Source of the DNA: Psammoneis japonica
Lineage: Eukaryota
NCBI GenBank assembly: GCA_008632985.1
Contig: QPGO01000176.1
Span: 17,778-81,777 of the forward strand
Reading direction: 5' to 3'
DNA length: 64,000 nt
In this document: positions 51,314 to 62,612 of the stretch, piece after piece
How the letters are laid out: every line of letters begins with the position of its first letter
Numbering within the stretch: position 1 is the stretch's first letter
Notes under the pieces: model-generated
The model's database searches: none
What the model was told of the DNA's origin: nothing
Seen by the model: only the letters and a program-made list of their open reading frames with translations
Program-made: the position numbers and the translations under genes

Positions 51314-51872
51314 AATAGAATGGTAGTATCACTTTCTAGAGTGTATTTAGAAGGTTGGCTGCACGATGGTTATCTGAAACCTAAACGAAGTAAAGCGTTG
51401 CTGATAAAATAAATATGGAATGGGTAGGTGCCCCAAACGTCTCACTCTACCGGTACAGGCGGCTGCGCACGGCCAACGAGGGAGTGCTAGCGCCTTAGAC
51501 TACATTGAATGGAGTGTACCAGCGCTTCCGCAATTCGAAGTGTGGGAGGAATCTTTGGCGTACAATGTAAGCGATCCACGCCTGCAAATCCAAAATGTAG
51601 GGCTACTGGTGTCCTAACACCACTTGCACTTTTGGTAGCAATAGCTATTGCTCTCGTACTTGTTCTTTTCCTTTCTTCTCTAGCGACAAACAGGAGACAA
51701 TGAAAGACCGCCAATCAACCACGGTTTCCAGAACGCAATGGGATGCGCAAAAGATTTAAGCGAAGCTTTCTAGGACTTGGTTGCCTTTGCAATCTACTTC
51801 TACTGTAGAAAAGGTCAACACTATACCAATCTCTCGAGATGAGTGACTTTACCTATCTAGTTAAAAACTAAC

Positions 51873-53755
51873 CTACATCATCCCCGGCATCCCACCCATG
51901 CCTCCACCCATACCAGGAGGTGCGGCAGCGCCTCCCTCAACAGGTTTATCCACCACCATGGCTTCTGACGTGGTCAAAAGTCCAGCAACAGACGCAGCAT
52001 CGACCAATCCGGTACGGGTTACTTTTGTTGGATCGATAATACCTTGTTCATACATGTCACAGTACTCGAGAGTCTGCGCATTAAATCCCCTCTCGACCGG
52101 CACGTCTTCCTTGATGAGTTCACCACAAATGACAGCTCCCTCTTCTCCGGCGTTCCGCGCAATTGTCGATAGGGGAGCACGAAGAGCACGCTGGATGATT
52201 TCCACACCAATCTTTTGATCCATGTTGGCGGTCGTTTCCAAAACATCGTCGAGCTTCGTGGAGCAGTACAGCAAGGCCTTACCGCCGCCAGGAACGATAC
52301 CTTCTTCTACAGCCGCACGGGTAGCATTCAACGCATCCACGACGCGGTCCTTCTTTTCGTTGACTTCCACCTCAGAGGCACCGCCCACCTTGATGACGGC
52401 CACGCCACCAGAGAGCTTGGCAAGTCTCTCTTGAAGCTTCTCTCTCTCATAATCACTCTTGGTAGTTTCAATACTGGATCGAATCAGCTCACACCGCTCT
52501 GAAAGAGCATCGCCGTCTCCACCTCCACCGAGAACAACTGTATCGTTCTTTGTAATGGTAACCTTTTTACACGACCCCAAATGGTTCGGCGTCACCTCTT
52601 CTAGTTTCATACCAACTTCTTCCGAAATGACGGTACCTCCCGTCAAGATGGCAATATCCTGCATGGTAGCCTTGCGGTTGTCTCCAAATCCAGGAGCCTT
52701 GACAGCGCACACCTTGATGCCAGCACGAAGCTTGTTGACTACAAGAGTCGCCAATGCTTCGCTTTCGACATCTTCGGCAATAATAAGAAGCGACTGCTGC
52801 GACTTGATGACGGATTCAAGAAGAGGCACGAGTTGTTGCAGGTTTGAAACCTTCTTTTCTACCAGCAAAATGAGCGGGTTCTCTAATTCGCAGGTTTGCG
52901 TTTTTGGGTCCGTGATGAAATAAGGCGAAATGTATCCCCGATCAAACTTCATACCTTCCACGACCTCCAATTCGTTTTCCAGAGTCTTTCCATCCTGAAC
53001 CGTAATGACTCCCTCTTTTCCAACCTTTTCCATGGCATCACTGATGAGTGTTCCGATCTCTTCGTCGGCATTGGCAGAGATGGTACCCACTTGAGACACT
53101 TCTTCTTTGGAAGTGATGGGTTTGGAAATGTCGGAAAGAGTGTCGACAACTTGATTAACGGCGAGTTGGATACCACGTCTCAAGTCCATGGGATTAATAC
53201 CCGCAGCCACAGCCTTGGTTCCTTCTGAATAAATGGCACGAGCAAGCACAGTCGCCGTGGTCGTTCCGTCTCCGGCTACATCGTTGGTCTTGGAAGCGAC
53301 CGACTTGATGAGCTGACAACCCATATCCTCGAACGGGTCTTCCAAATCGATCGACTTGGCTACAGTCACACCATCTTTGGTGATTTTGGGAGCACCATAG
53401 GGCTGAGCTAGAATGGCATTGCGACCTTTCGGGCCGAGAGTTACCTATCGCATCGTTGAGAAGAATAAAACAACGAGTCGGAAAAAGATTCTTTTTAGAT
53501 CCAGAAATACAGAATTCCTTTAGCGCAGTAGAATTTGTACTGAATTTTGGGAGACTCAGGGAATCACGAAAACTCCCTCCGACGTCGACGACTTCTTACC
53601 TGAACAGCATCGGCCAAGAGATCGACTCCTCGCAACATGGCCGCTCGTCCTTCGGTTCCAAACAAGATATCCTTGCCACTCATGAATCGAGTAGCACCAA
53701 GAGCCTTGGCTGCTCGTGCTGGAGCAGCCACTCGTGAGAGCGCCGTTCGCATCAT
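51873..53755 (-). CDS. HSP60: Mitochondrial chaperonin 60; intron 53445-53599
   Basis: Arg/Ala-rich presequence; [15 protein letters not shown] across a GT-AG intron; [14 protein letters not shown] tail. Confidence 0.97.
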
Positions 53756-53979
53756 TGTCTAGAATAGGGTATGTAATGGATTTCGAAAGAGAGAAAAAAG
53801 TGAAAGAGGAACAGCGGCTGGTCCGTCGTGCTGACGAAGTTTTCTGCGGTGACGAAACAGGTCATGAGTGCCTTTGATCCATGACTCGGGGAAAAAGTGA
53901 ATCACGAGTTCCCTCCGAGCCTCAAAGTTGGAAGTTGAAAATTGAAAGATATATATTTTTTATCAAGATTGCAACAACC

Positions 53980-55467
53980 ATGGCGAAACTAAAGTCTCTC
54001 TTGAGACACCAAGGCATCTTGAAACTAGTAGCTCTGGTATGGCTTAGTTTTAGGATTGGTTTGGCATCAGCAAGTGTTTCTGGTTCGAAGCGTCGTCATG
54101 GCAGCATCATCCATCGGCGTGGCAGCAACACGAGGCACACATCAGCAGAGACGGTCCTTCCAACGTCATCGACTGCCGGATTTGCAGCAACCGCAGTAGC
54201 TCCAGCAGCAACCGCAGATATGGTTGTTCAAAAGCAAGATGATAGTATTGATGAGAGCAGTCCTAATTTAGTTGTGGCTGCGGTTGGTTTCTTCAAGGAC
54301 GCAATTGTTCGCACAATTGATGGGATTGGAACGAGTTGGAGCAATTACGGACAATGCAATGCGATCCGAGCTAAACAAAAGCAATATAAACAGGCTCTTC
54401 GATTGGAATGGGAAAATCAGGGACAGACACGGGCCGATATCAATGCCCGGCTCAAGCGGTATCACAAATTTAGCGGTATTACGTACGAGGAATACATGTT
54501 TTTGAAGCGGGGCTTAGCCGATCGCAACAAGCTAACACAACTCGCATTGTGGAGTTGGGCGGCTCCGCGATTCTTGCCCTACATGATTATGATGAATCCA
54601 GACATGCTGCCCTCTGCCTTTGAAACTCAAGCAAAAGTCGGTGCAGAGAGCAAGCTTCACTTATTGTCGAGAACACGCTCTCACGCCGTTGTGCAAACCT
54701 TGATGCGCTTGGAAAAGGACGCATACGTTGCTCCAGCTTTGGCGCAATTCAACATTTTTGGTAGAAAGGCTCAAAAGCGGGCCATGGAACAAGCTAATAT
54801 TCTCGGACAAAGTCTATCCAAATTCTGGACAAGGCAACAACAACAAGGCGTGGCGATTCAACCTCAAGACGTTGTGGACGCACTCTCCAAACAGATTTAT
54901 TCGCGACAAGAACTCACACAGAAGCAACAAAATCTTGTAGGTACTCTGCCAAAAAGTGTCTATCGGGGGTTCCAGCAAGTCTTGGAACAGGGGTCGCCTT
55001 TTTCAAATTACCTTCCGGTTTTCTTTGCTCGAAAGAAGCTCTTGGAGCATTTGCAAAAGCTGCAGGAAGCTGACGAGTTTCTGATTGATCAACAGATAGA
55101 CATCGACAGCTTGAGTCCATTGCGACTCGTAGAGGCTTGTCAAGATCGCATGGTCGTTTCGACTGATAGTACGGAGGAACTGAAGCAAGCGTTGCAGACG
55201 TGGTTAGACATTACAGTCGTTCAGCCACGGACACGGGATGGCTACTACTTCAATGGAAATATGGCAAGAACTGCATTGTTGGGGCTAAATCTGGCACATT
55301 CAACGCAATCACAAGACAGTGCATCATACCTAGCTAGAAATTTGTATCAGTCAATGCCGCTAGCAGCAGTGCAGGACGATGACGATGACGACGGCGTGGC
55401 TGGCGCCCGTGGTCAAGATAAAAAACGCCGGCGCAATCGAAAGATGAACAAGAAGCAGAAGAAATGA
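53980..55467 (+). CDS. LETM1-like domain protein with N-terminal hydrophobic leader
   Basis: PDMLPSAF and LQEADEFL....IDSLSPLRLVEACQDR...ELKQALQTWL resemble the LETM1 ribosome-binding domain; intact ORF. Confidence 0.7.
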   Translation: MAKLKSLLRHQGILKLVALVWLSFRIGLASASVSGSKRRHGSIIHRRGSNTRHTSAETVLPTSSTAGFAATAVAPAATADMVVQKQDDSIDESSPNLVVAAVGFFKDAIVRTIDGIGTSWSNYGQCNAIRAKQKQYKQALRLEWENQGQTRADINARLKRYHKFSGITYEEYMFLKRGLADRNKLTQLALWSWAAPRFLPYMIMMNPDMLPSAFETQAKVGAESKLHLLSRTRSHAVVQTLMRLEKDAYVAPALAQFNIFGRKAQKRAMEQANILGQSLSKFWTRQQQQGVAIQPQDVVDALSKQIYSRQELTQKQQNLVGTLPKSVYRGFQQVLEQGSPFSNYLPVFFARKKLLEHLQKLQEADEFLIDQQIDIDSLSPLRLVEACQDRMVVSTDSTEELKQALQTWLDITVVQPRTRDGYYFNGNMARTALLGLNLAHSTQSQDSASYLARNLYQSMPLAAVQDDDDDDGVAGARGQDKKRRRNRKMNKKQKK

Positions 55468-56058
55468 GCTACCCTACAGCAGAGAAAAGAATATTAAACT
55501 TTTGTCTCTCATGGTTTGTCCCTCGTATCCCGTCCCTTTCAAGCCCGTGATCAGACGTTTTGCATCATCTCACTCAAATATTGAGTGCTCACTCTGAAGT
55601 GATACGTCAACTCGATTTACAATACGAGCCTGAGTTAGCGATTTGATGATATGAATTATCAGAGGTCGTCATCCGCATATGGTACGCATCCGTCCCCGCC
55701 AAAGCCCAGCAACCCAGCAAAAAGCTGATTTACTAGTGTGTGGATGCGTGGGACAGACTAGGAAAACAAAGCGGTCCGATTTATTAGTTCCTTCAGGGTG
55801 ACTGAAGAATTGTCGATATCAATAGCATAAAATGAGAGATTACGAATAGCATAAGTCCGCCATCCATCCTCTACTAGAGACAGACTTAAGTTCATGAATC
55901 TTACGCATTAATTTCTATTTCACCACTTCCCAACAATGTGCAGTAGGATCCTTCTGTACCGGTAGGTGGTTTTGACGATACTTAACAAGTATCTATGAAG
56001 AAAGGCTTCCGCTTTTGTAAGTAAGCCATTGCTTCCAGTGATGGTCTACATCCTTACC

Positions 56059-57717
56059 TTATCTTCTAGATCGTCGGTGATCTCGGACATTCCGCCGCCA
56101 TTCCGATGGCATGTCCTTTAAAGAAAAATGACCATTATGGGTATTAAATGCCTGAGGCGGAATCAGTGACCGATAGAGTTCAAAGGGAGCTGCCTGCTTA
56201 AGTTGGTAGCAGACACCAAAACTGACTTGGCCATCGTCACAGCACTTTCTGAAGACCTCTTTCACAAAGTCAGGGTTGTCCGGCTCCCCACAGAAGAGGT
56301 TAGCGCATGCCTTCAAAACTGTACCATACGTGAAATGATCCGGTCTAAGATCCTGGCTTTCATCCGTTAGCTCTCGGTATATGGATTTCACAATACGTTT
56401 CAAATCAATCCCACTATCTCCTTCCACAGCTCTTGTGGTTGTAGCACAAGCATTCAAGACGCTGTTGTAGGTCACCAGATTTGGCTTGACGCTTAGATTT
56501 TCTCCGCTGTTGTATAGATCCTTCATTCGTTTCAACAATTTGCACGACATGGTTGCTTTGCCTGGTTCCTTGGATAAGGCGTATGCGTTGATCACGGCGG
56601 AATAAGAGTAGCAGTTTGGCCGGACAGCTTTGTCACCGCTCTTGTCATACAAATCTTCCATTTCGTTCAAGATGGTGTGAGCTCTAGTGGCTGAGTTCTG
56701 AGCACTTCTACTCCAAGCATCAATGACAGTCGTGTACGTCCGGGTGTTGGGCTGAACTGCGCCCGTCATGTTTCGCAAGAGCGCCTCTGCGCGTTCTCCA
56801 GCGTCTGGTACTCCGGACCTGGCCCATGCCAATATCACCGCATTGTAGCTAATCACATCAGCGATACCTTGGTCTTCCATGGCCAAAAGTAATTCTTGTG
56901 CCTTGTGCGCAGCGATCGAGCCCTCTCCACTTTTTGCCCATGCAGCAATAACCGTGTTGTACGAAATATCATTTGGGCGGTATCCCTCGTTTCCGGTTTC
57001 CATGTACATGTTTTCCATCCGCAATAGCAAATCATAAGCTTTTCCGGCGGATTCTTTGTCCTTCCTGCGACTCCATGCATCCAACACAGTAGAGTAGGAT
57101 CGAACGTTGGGATTGACAGTGATTGGAGGAGGACCATCTTGTACTTCGCTGTTGGTCAGCTCCCCTCTTGCGCGCTTTTCATACCACATTCGATTCTGGG
57201 CCACTTGGTGTTCATTTACACGTTCCATTTCAGCTAGCAGTTGCTCTGCCATCCAAGCCGAGTCTGAGTCTGTTGCTTTGGCGTACGCCTTCAACACGCC
57301 ATTGTATCCAACCGTGTCGGGTTGTTCCAGTGCGTCAAGCAGCTCCTGTGCAGCAACCGCAGCACTTGAATTGTACGAACTTTGCTCGGCAAGTTTCGAT
57401 ATCTTCAAATTTGTTTGATAGGTAAGATCTCCTTCAGTCATTTTACTTGAATCCCCGGTATCAGTCCATTCTTCGTCTTGTGGGAACAACTCGGAGGCGT
57501 CATCGCCGGAACGAACATTCTCATACGCCAGAACACCAAGAGGAAGCGATCTCTGAGTTTGCCGCCATATTCGATGGCCTGAAAAGAAAGGCACTCCGAA
57601 TCCTCGAACTGATAAGTTATGCGTGCTTGCAATGATAACAACATTAAAAGCTGTTGTATTTCGGAGGCGGTTTATCGCGCTCGTTTTCTCTTTTTTTCTT
57701 GCTTGTCGATCAGACAT
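56059..57717 (-). CDS. Pentatricopeptide repeat (PPR) protein
   Basis: Repeats PDTVGYNGVLKAYAK, PNVRSYSTVLDAWSR, PNDISYNTVIAAWAK, PNTRTYTTVIDAWSR, PNLVTYNSVLNACA and PDHFTYGTVLKAC. Start uncertain. Confidence 0.9.
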   Translation of the reverse strand: MSDRQARKKEKTSAINRLRNTTAFNVVIIASTHNLSVRGFGVPFFSGHRIWRQTQRSLPLGVLAYENVRSGDDASELFPQDEEWTDTGDSSKMTEGDLTYQTNLKISKLAEQSSYNSSAAVAAQELLDALEQPDTVGYNGVLKAYAKATDSDSAWMAEQLLAEMERVNEHQVAQNRMWYEKRARGELTNSEVQDGPPPITVNPNVRSYSTVLDAWSRRKDKESAGKAYDLLLRMENMYMETGNEGYRPNDISYNTVIAAWAKSGEGSIAAHKAQELLLAMEDQGIADVISYNAVILAWARSGVPDAGERAEALLRNMTGAVQPNTRTYTTVIDAWSRSAQNSATRAHTILNEMEDLYDKSGDKAVRPNCYSYSAVINAYALSKEPGKATMSCKLLKRMKDLYNSGENLSVKPNLVTYNSVLNACATTTRAVEGDSGIDLKRIVKSIYRELTDESQDLRPDHFTYGTVLKACANLFCGEPDNPDFVKEVFRKCCDDGQVSFGVCYQLKQAAPFELYRSLIPPQAFNTHNGHFSLKDMPSEWRRNVRDHRRSRR

Positions 57718-57974
57718 TTTTTTGTTTCACAAAGCAAAAACGGTGGACTCGAGGAAATTTTTATTACACTGCAAACGAATTGAAATAATGTGTAGAGTAC
57801 AGTAAGCCAACAAGACTGTATCAACAAACAACGCAACCGACGCAAGGAAATAATGAAATAATCATCTTTTCGTCACTCGCATCTCGCAACCTGAAATCTC
57901 CAAAAATCGAGTGCACAAGTTTGTGGAGTTGAAGATCCAGATAAGGTAGGTAATGAGCTCAACGATGACGTAGT

Positions 57975-60900
57975 CAGTCAGCAAAGGTGGCTGTGGCTGG
58001 GTCAACAGCTGGATGCTGCCATGCAGGCAGAAGAAGTCTGTTGCCAACAAGTGCCCCAGCAAGATGATGCGCGCGATGACAAACACAGGAGCCTTGGAGG
58101 TGCGGCAAACAAGTTGAGGCAAGAGGATGGCAGAGAGTTGCAGCAACTTTGTGAGCAGATTCTTGAGTCACAAGCAAACCTGTTTTTGCTTGCAACTTGC
58201 AACGTTGTGGCTCAACTTGGGCCGAGCTCTTGACAGACACTTCTTGCGTGCCCCAGCAATCGACGAGATGTTGAAACCTCGCCATCCACTCAACTGCTCC
58301 AGCAAGAGCTGCCCCTCTTCTCTTGGGAGAGCTGCTTGGAAGTCTTTGAGGCCGGCTCTTTTGTTCTGCTCCAGCTCTGGTTTGCAACATTGTGAATGTT
58401 TTTTTTGTCTTGCATCACAGGCATGTCTTGCGTGTGCTCTTTTGCAGAGTTGTTTTGTGCTGCCTGCTTTGCAAAGCCAAAGATTTTTTGTTTTGTGCAC
58501 TTGCACAAACAAAAACATGCACCCGGTGCACCCCTGTTCAATGTGTCTGGTTCCATGAAGAGTGAAGAGAGCAACACAAAGTGTGGATGAGTTCATTCAT
58601 TGACAAAATTGTGCCTTTTCTGTTGGTGATCATCGTTGTAGTTTCACTCTACAAGAGCTTTTTTTGTGATTGCTGTGAGCACACTGTGGGTGTGGCAGAG
58701 TGCATTGTGGCTTCATGTGCTTTCACATTTTTGTGCAAGAAGCGTTTGTTGCATGAGGCGCCTGTGCTGTGCCTCGCACATGCATGATTTGCCCCTGGCA
58801 GCCCATCCATCTGCTGGCACAAATGTGTCCAATTGCATGTGTTGTCAGTTTGTCTGTTTGTTTGTTTGGTTTCAAACAATTTCATTTTTCTCTTGACGCA
58901 AATCAGAAATCGACACCATGTGTGGTGCTCCAATTTTTTGCTTTTGTGACATCTGCAAAAGTGCCTCACAAGCCCAAAATGCCCACATGAACAAATTTTC
59001 CACACTCAAAAACACACATTTTCACACTTTGTGTTCAAGTGACGTTTGGCTGTGCCACAGTGGTCTTTTAAAGTGTGCTGTTTTTGTTCAAATTTCCAGC
59101 ACAAACTGCCCTCATCATCTCCCACCTTGCCAGAACATTCCCTCCTGTGACCATCATTGTCTCCCCACTGAAATGCAAAGAGAAGAGACAGACATTGGAG
59201 CATTCCTGGCTGTTTGTGATGACATGCCCAAATCACCATGTGCTTTCAGAGAAGAATTCCTGAAAATTTCAGGTGATTCTGCCATCTGCCAGTGATGCCA
59301 GTGAGGCCACAGTCGTCCTGCTGCCAACCACAAAGTCTAAAAATTGTTTTTCCCACTCAAAAAAGAAGCCACTGGGTGGTGTGAGTCTGTTTGTGGAAGA
59401 ACCACACAGCATCAAGAATCATGTTCTGCCTTGCTGTTTGACGCGGTCCAAATGGAAGGCACGATGGTGGCTTGTCCGCAGAAAATGAACAACAGCTGGT
59501 TTGCAGTGAAGTGGGGTCAGTTGTCAAGGTTGCCTCGGATCATGCAAAAAAAAAAATGTGCAACAACTTTGACAGTGACAACCAAATGAAAGAGCAGCTG
59601 AAGAAAGCAACGCTGCCCTGTGATTCGGTGAAAGTGGGCACAAAGACTGCACCATGCAATGGCGCAAATGCCGCCAGCATCCCCAAGGTGTCAAATGAAG
59701 GAAGCCCAGTGGGGGCTGTCTCTTTTCCCAGAACCCCTCCCACTGTCACAAGAGCTCAACATGCAGCCACTTTGAGGACCACTGGTTCTGTTGCTGGGTC
59801 CACTGTCAGCTCCCTCAATCACAGCACCAGAGCATCATTTGCTGGAGCAAGCGATGCACCAACTCTGCACAGCGATCAGTCTGGGTTGATTCAGACTCTG
59901 ATGATGGTTTTGACTGTGATCCTGAAGACAATGCTTGGGTGTGGGAACCATTTGTGGAAACCACTGACAGCCATTGTTGTGATGATGACAACAAGGACAG
60001 CGCTGATGACAGCAGCAGCAAGGAGGGTGCAGATGATGGCAACACAAGACGCGCCAGCAGACAAAAATCAGATGCATCCCATCCCTCTGATTGTTCTAGA
60101 TCAGTTGAGAATCTTGTTTGGAAGCATGAAGCCTGTGAGGAAGGGGGACTTGTTTGCAGAGGATGAATCTTCCCACCCAAATGAGCTGCACTTGGGACCA
60201 CATGGGCTGCACAATGGTGTCGCAACCAAGTTCAAGACTCCAACTGAGGCAGTTGCGTGCTGTGGCAGTCTTGACCATTGATGTGTTGCAAGGCTGGCTT
60301 CAAATTTGAATGACTGCTTCAGCAAATTCATCAAGCCTGGCCTTGGTGAAAATGGTTGTGGCATTCAATGAAGTGGTCGCCCATTGTCATGGAAGAAATG
60401 CACCACTTTCTTGGCATGGTGCTGGAGGCTGTGCTGCCTGCTTTGCCACTGAAGAGCTTGTGTTGTCTGCTGGCACAGGGCAAGACAAGAGAAAGAGGTG
60501 TGTGCCCAACACCTTGGCTTTTCCACGAAGCACATGTCATTGCGCAGGTTCAAGCAGATCCACGGTGCTTGCCATCCAGAAGACAAAGCTGCATCTGCAG
60601 GGATTGACAAATGTTGTCAGCTTCAGCACTCTTTAAATCAACTCAGTGCTGCTTCATTGCACACCTTTGTTCTGGGCCGTTGTTTGATTTTTGACAAAGG
60701 CGGCATCAGCTGTCGATTGCAGTTTTGTCCCATGCACAGCAATGCAACAAAGACAAACCCGGCAAATGCAAAGTGTCACTTCATCATTCACATGGATGTC
60801 TGCCAAGGTGAGAATGAAAACAACTCATTCATTGATGAAAAATGCCAGATGCTGCCCACCACACAGAAGGCCATCGTCAATGCAGTGGTGAAGTTGGGTC

Positions 60901-61935
60901 TCCATGTGCCCTCAGAGCATGGGTGGAGACACATGGCTCTTGACAATCACTGCCAATGCACTGAGTTGGCAGCAATTTTGCACAATGGGCGCAAGATGCA
61001 CAGCATGGGGACTGCTTGCCAGAGATGAAAAGGGTGGGACAAGGCCAAGATGGACTTGCAAAACAATGCAGAACATTGCAAAACAGCTCATGACAAAGCA
61101 AACAAGATGCAGCTTGTGCAGTGGTGTGACAGCAAAGTGGCAAATTGTGTCACCACGCTGGTGTCAATGGAGGCCACAATGGTGAAGTGTCAGGTTGGGA
61201 AAAACAAACTCGAGAGTTCAAGTGCCCTGTGCCCCTCACAATGCACCAAGACACAATGCAGGCCATTGATGCTGGGGACCAGCACCGACCCCATGGCGGA
61301 GGATTTGCCAACAAAGCTCATGGCAAAAAATGGCACAAGAAAGCCTTTCATGGGGTGAATGACTTTCAGCTGTTGCAAGGTTGTGCTGGTTGGGAATTGT
61401 CTTGCAAAGAAGTGGCCAGGAGGACCCAGTTCAAGCAATGGCAGTTTATGACATGGGTGGCACAAGACTGTCTTGATGTTCAAAAGTCCTGACCAACATG
61501 TTGTGTGGCGTCCGATTAGAATGGCGGTCGGAGCTGCCGACAAAAGAGCAACCACAGTGGCGTCCTTGCCACGCGAACAAACAAGCCTGTCCCTGCGACT
61601 TCAGCTCACAGTGAGTGTTCAGTTTGCCAGTTGGAAACAAACCAACTTCAGCAAGGCCGTGCACCAAGGAGGATTAAAGAAGTCAGCAGTTGCTTGTGAG
61701 TGCTGCGGGGTGTGTTGGCCCACAACTTTGTCCCCATGGACAACCAATGGAAAATGCACCGCCAGCCAGAGTTTGAGGGAATGACTTGCTTTGAAATCCA
61801 TCACTCTCAGCTGGGAAAAGAAATCTGGCCTTTCAAGAGTGACAAAAGAGACGGGAGACACAAGCCGTCATGCTCAGTGAAAGGGACTCATCCCGTCGTG
61901 GTTCGACTGAAAGAGATGCACAAGGATGGAGCGTG
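57975..61935. other. TpA-depleted domain containing a piggyBac relic
   Basis: TpA nearly absent; abrupt left edge near 57975. Confidence 0.85.
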
Positions 61936-61936
61936 A
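60150..61936 (+). mobile_element. piggyBac transposase remnant
   Basis: MSLRRFKQI, FDKGG (cf. xDE), DVCQG, ALDNHC, VQWCDSKV, HQDTMQAIDAGDQ and KKWHKK; frameshifted; element ends not located. Confidence 0.8.
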
Positions 61937-62065
61937 AATTGTGCATCTTTAATTTACGTGGAGAAACAATGTTCTTCATCGTGCAATGTATCATCACATC
62001 ACATTGTACAAATCCGTCACGTTGCCAACTGGCAAGGAAGAAGGTTGCGCCGTTTGGTGGCACGG

Positions 62066-62395
62066 TGGTGGGCGCCAACTTATTGCTGGTGCTTGCCAGT
62101 AGTAAGTTTGGCCCGTCACGGCACAAATCTATTGCTGGTGCTTACCAGTAATACATTCGATCATCACCACTCGGAAGATGGCGGGCGCCAGCTTATTACT
62201 GGTGCTTGCCAGCAATAAGTTTGGCCCGTCATGGCACAAATCTATTGCTGGTGCTTACCAGTAATGCATTCGACCGTGACCCTTCATCACCATACCACTC
62301 GGAAGATGGTGGGCGCCGACATATTTCTGGTGCTTGCCAGTAGTAAGTGTGGCCCGTCACCGCACAAATCTATTGGTGGTGCTTGCCAGTACTAA
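62066..62395. repeat. Three tandem units (periods ~113 and ~128 bp), each with two imperfect palindromes related to tattactggt-N4-accagtaata
   Basis: Units start near 62066, 62179 and 62307; probably piggyBac subterminal repeats. Confidence 0.85.
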
Positions 62396-62612
62396 ATTTG
62401 AGAAACAAAGAAATCAAACTTATCAATGGAAGTTACCACCTACACGCTAAAGCCACAACAGGTGCTAAGCACTGTCACCACTTGGCTTGAAACCCGTGTA
62501 CGGTTCATCACGTGTCTGAGGGTACAAATCAAGTATCTCCCTGTGAATACAATCCGGAAGCTTCGTGGTATGCACAAGGTCACCTTTATAACTTCTTCAC
62601 GTTACATATAAA

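Noticed and set aside
2096..61935. Classical RIP or CpG deamination as the sole explanation
   Set aside because: RIP raises TpA; CpG decay does not remove TpA, and some domains keep CpG.
62066..62395. CRISPR-like array
   Set aside because: The intervening sequences are themselves repeated, the context is eukaryotic and there are no cas genes.
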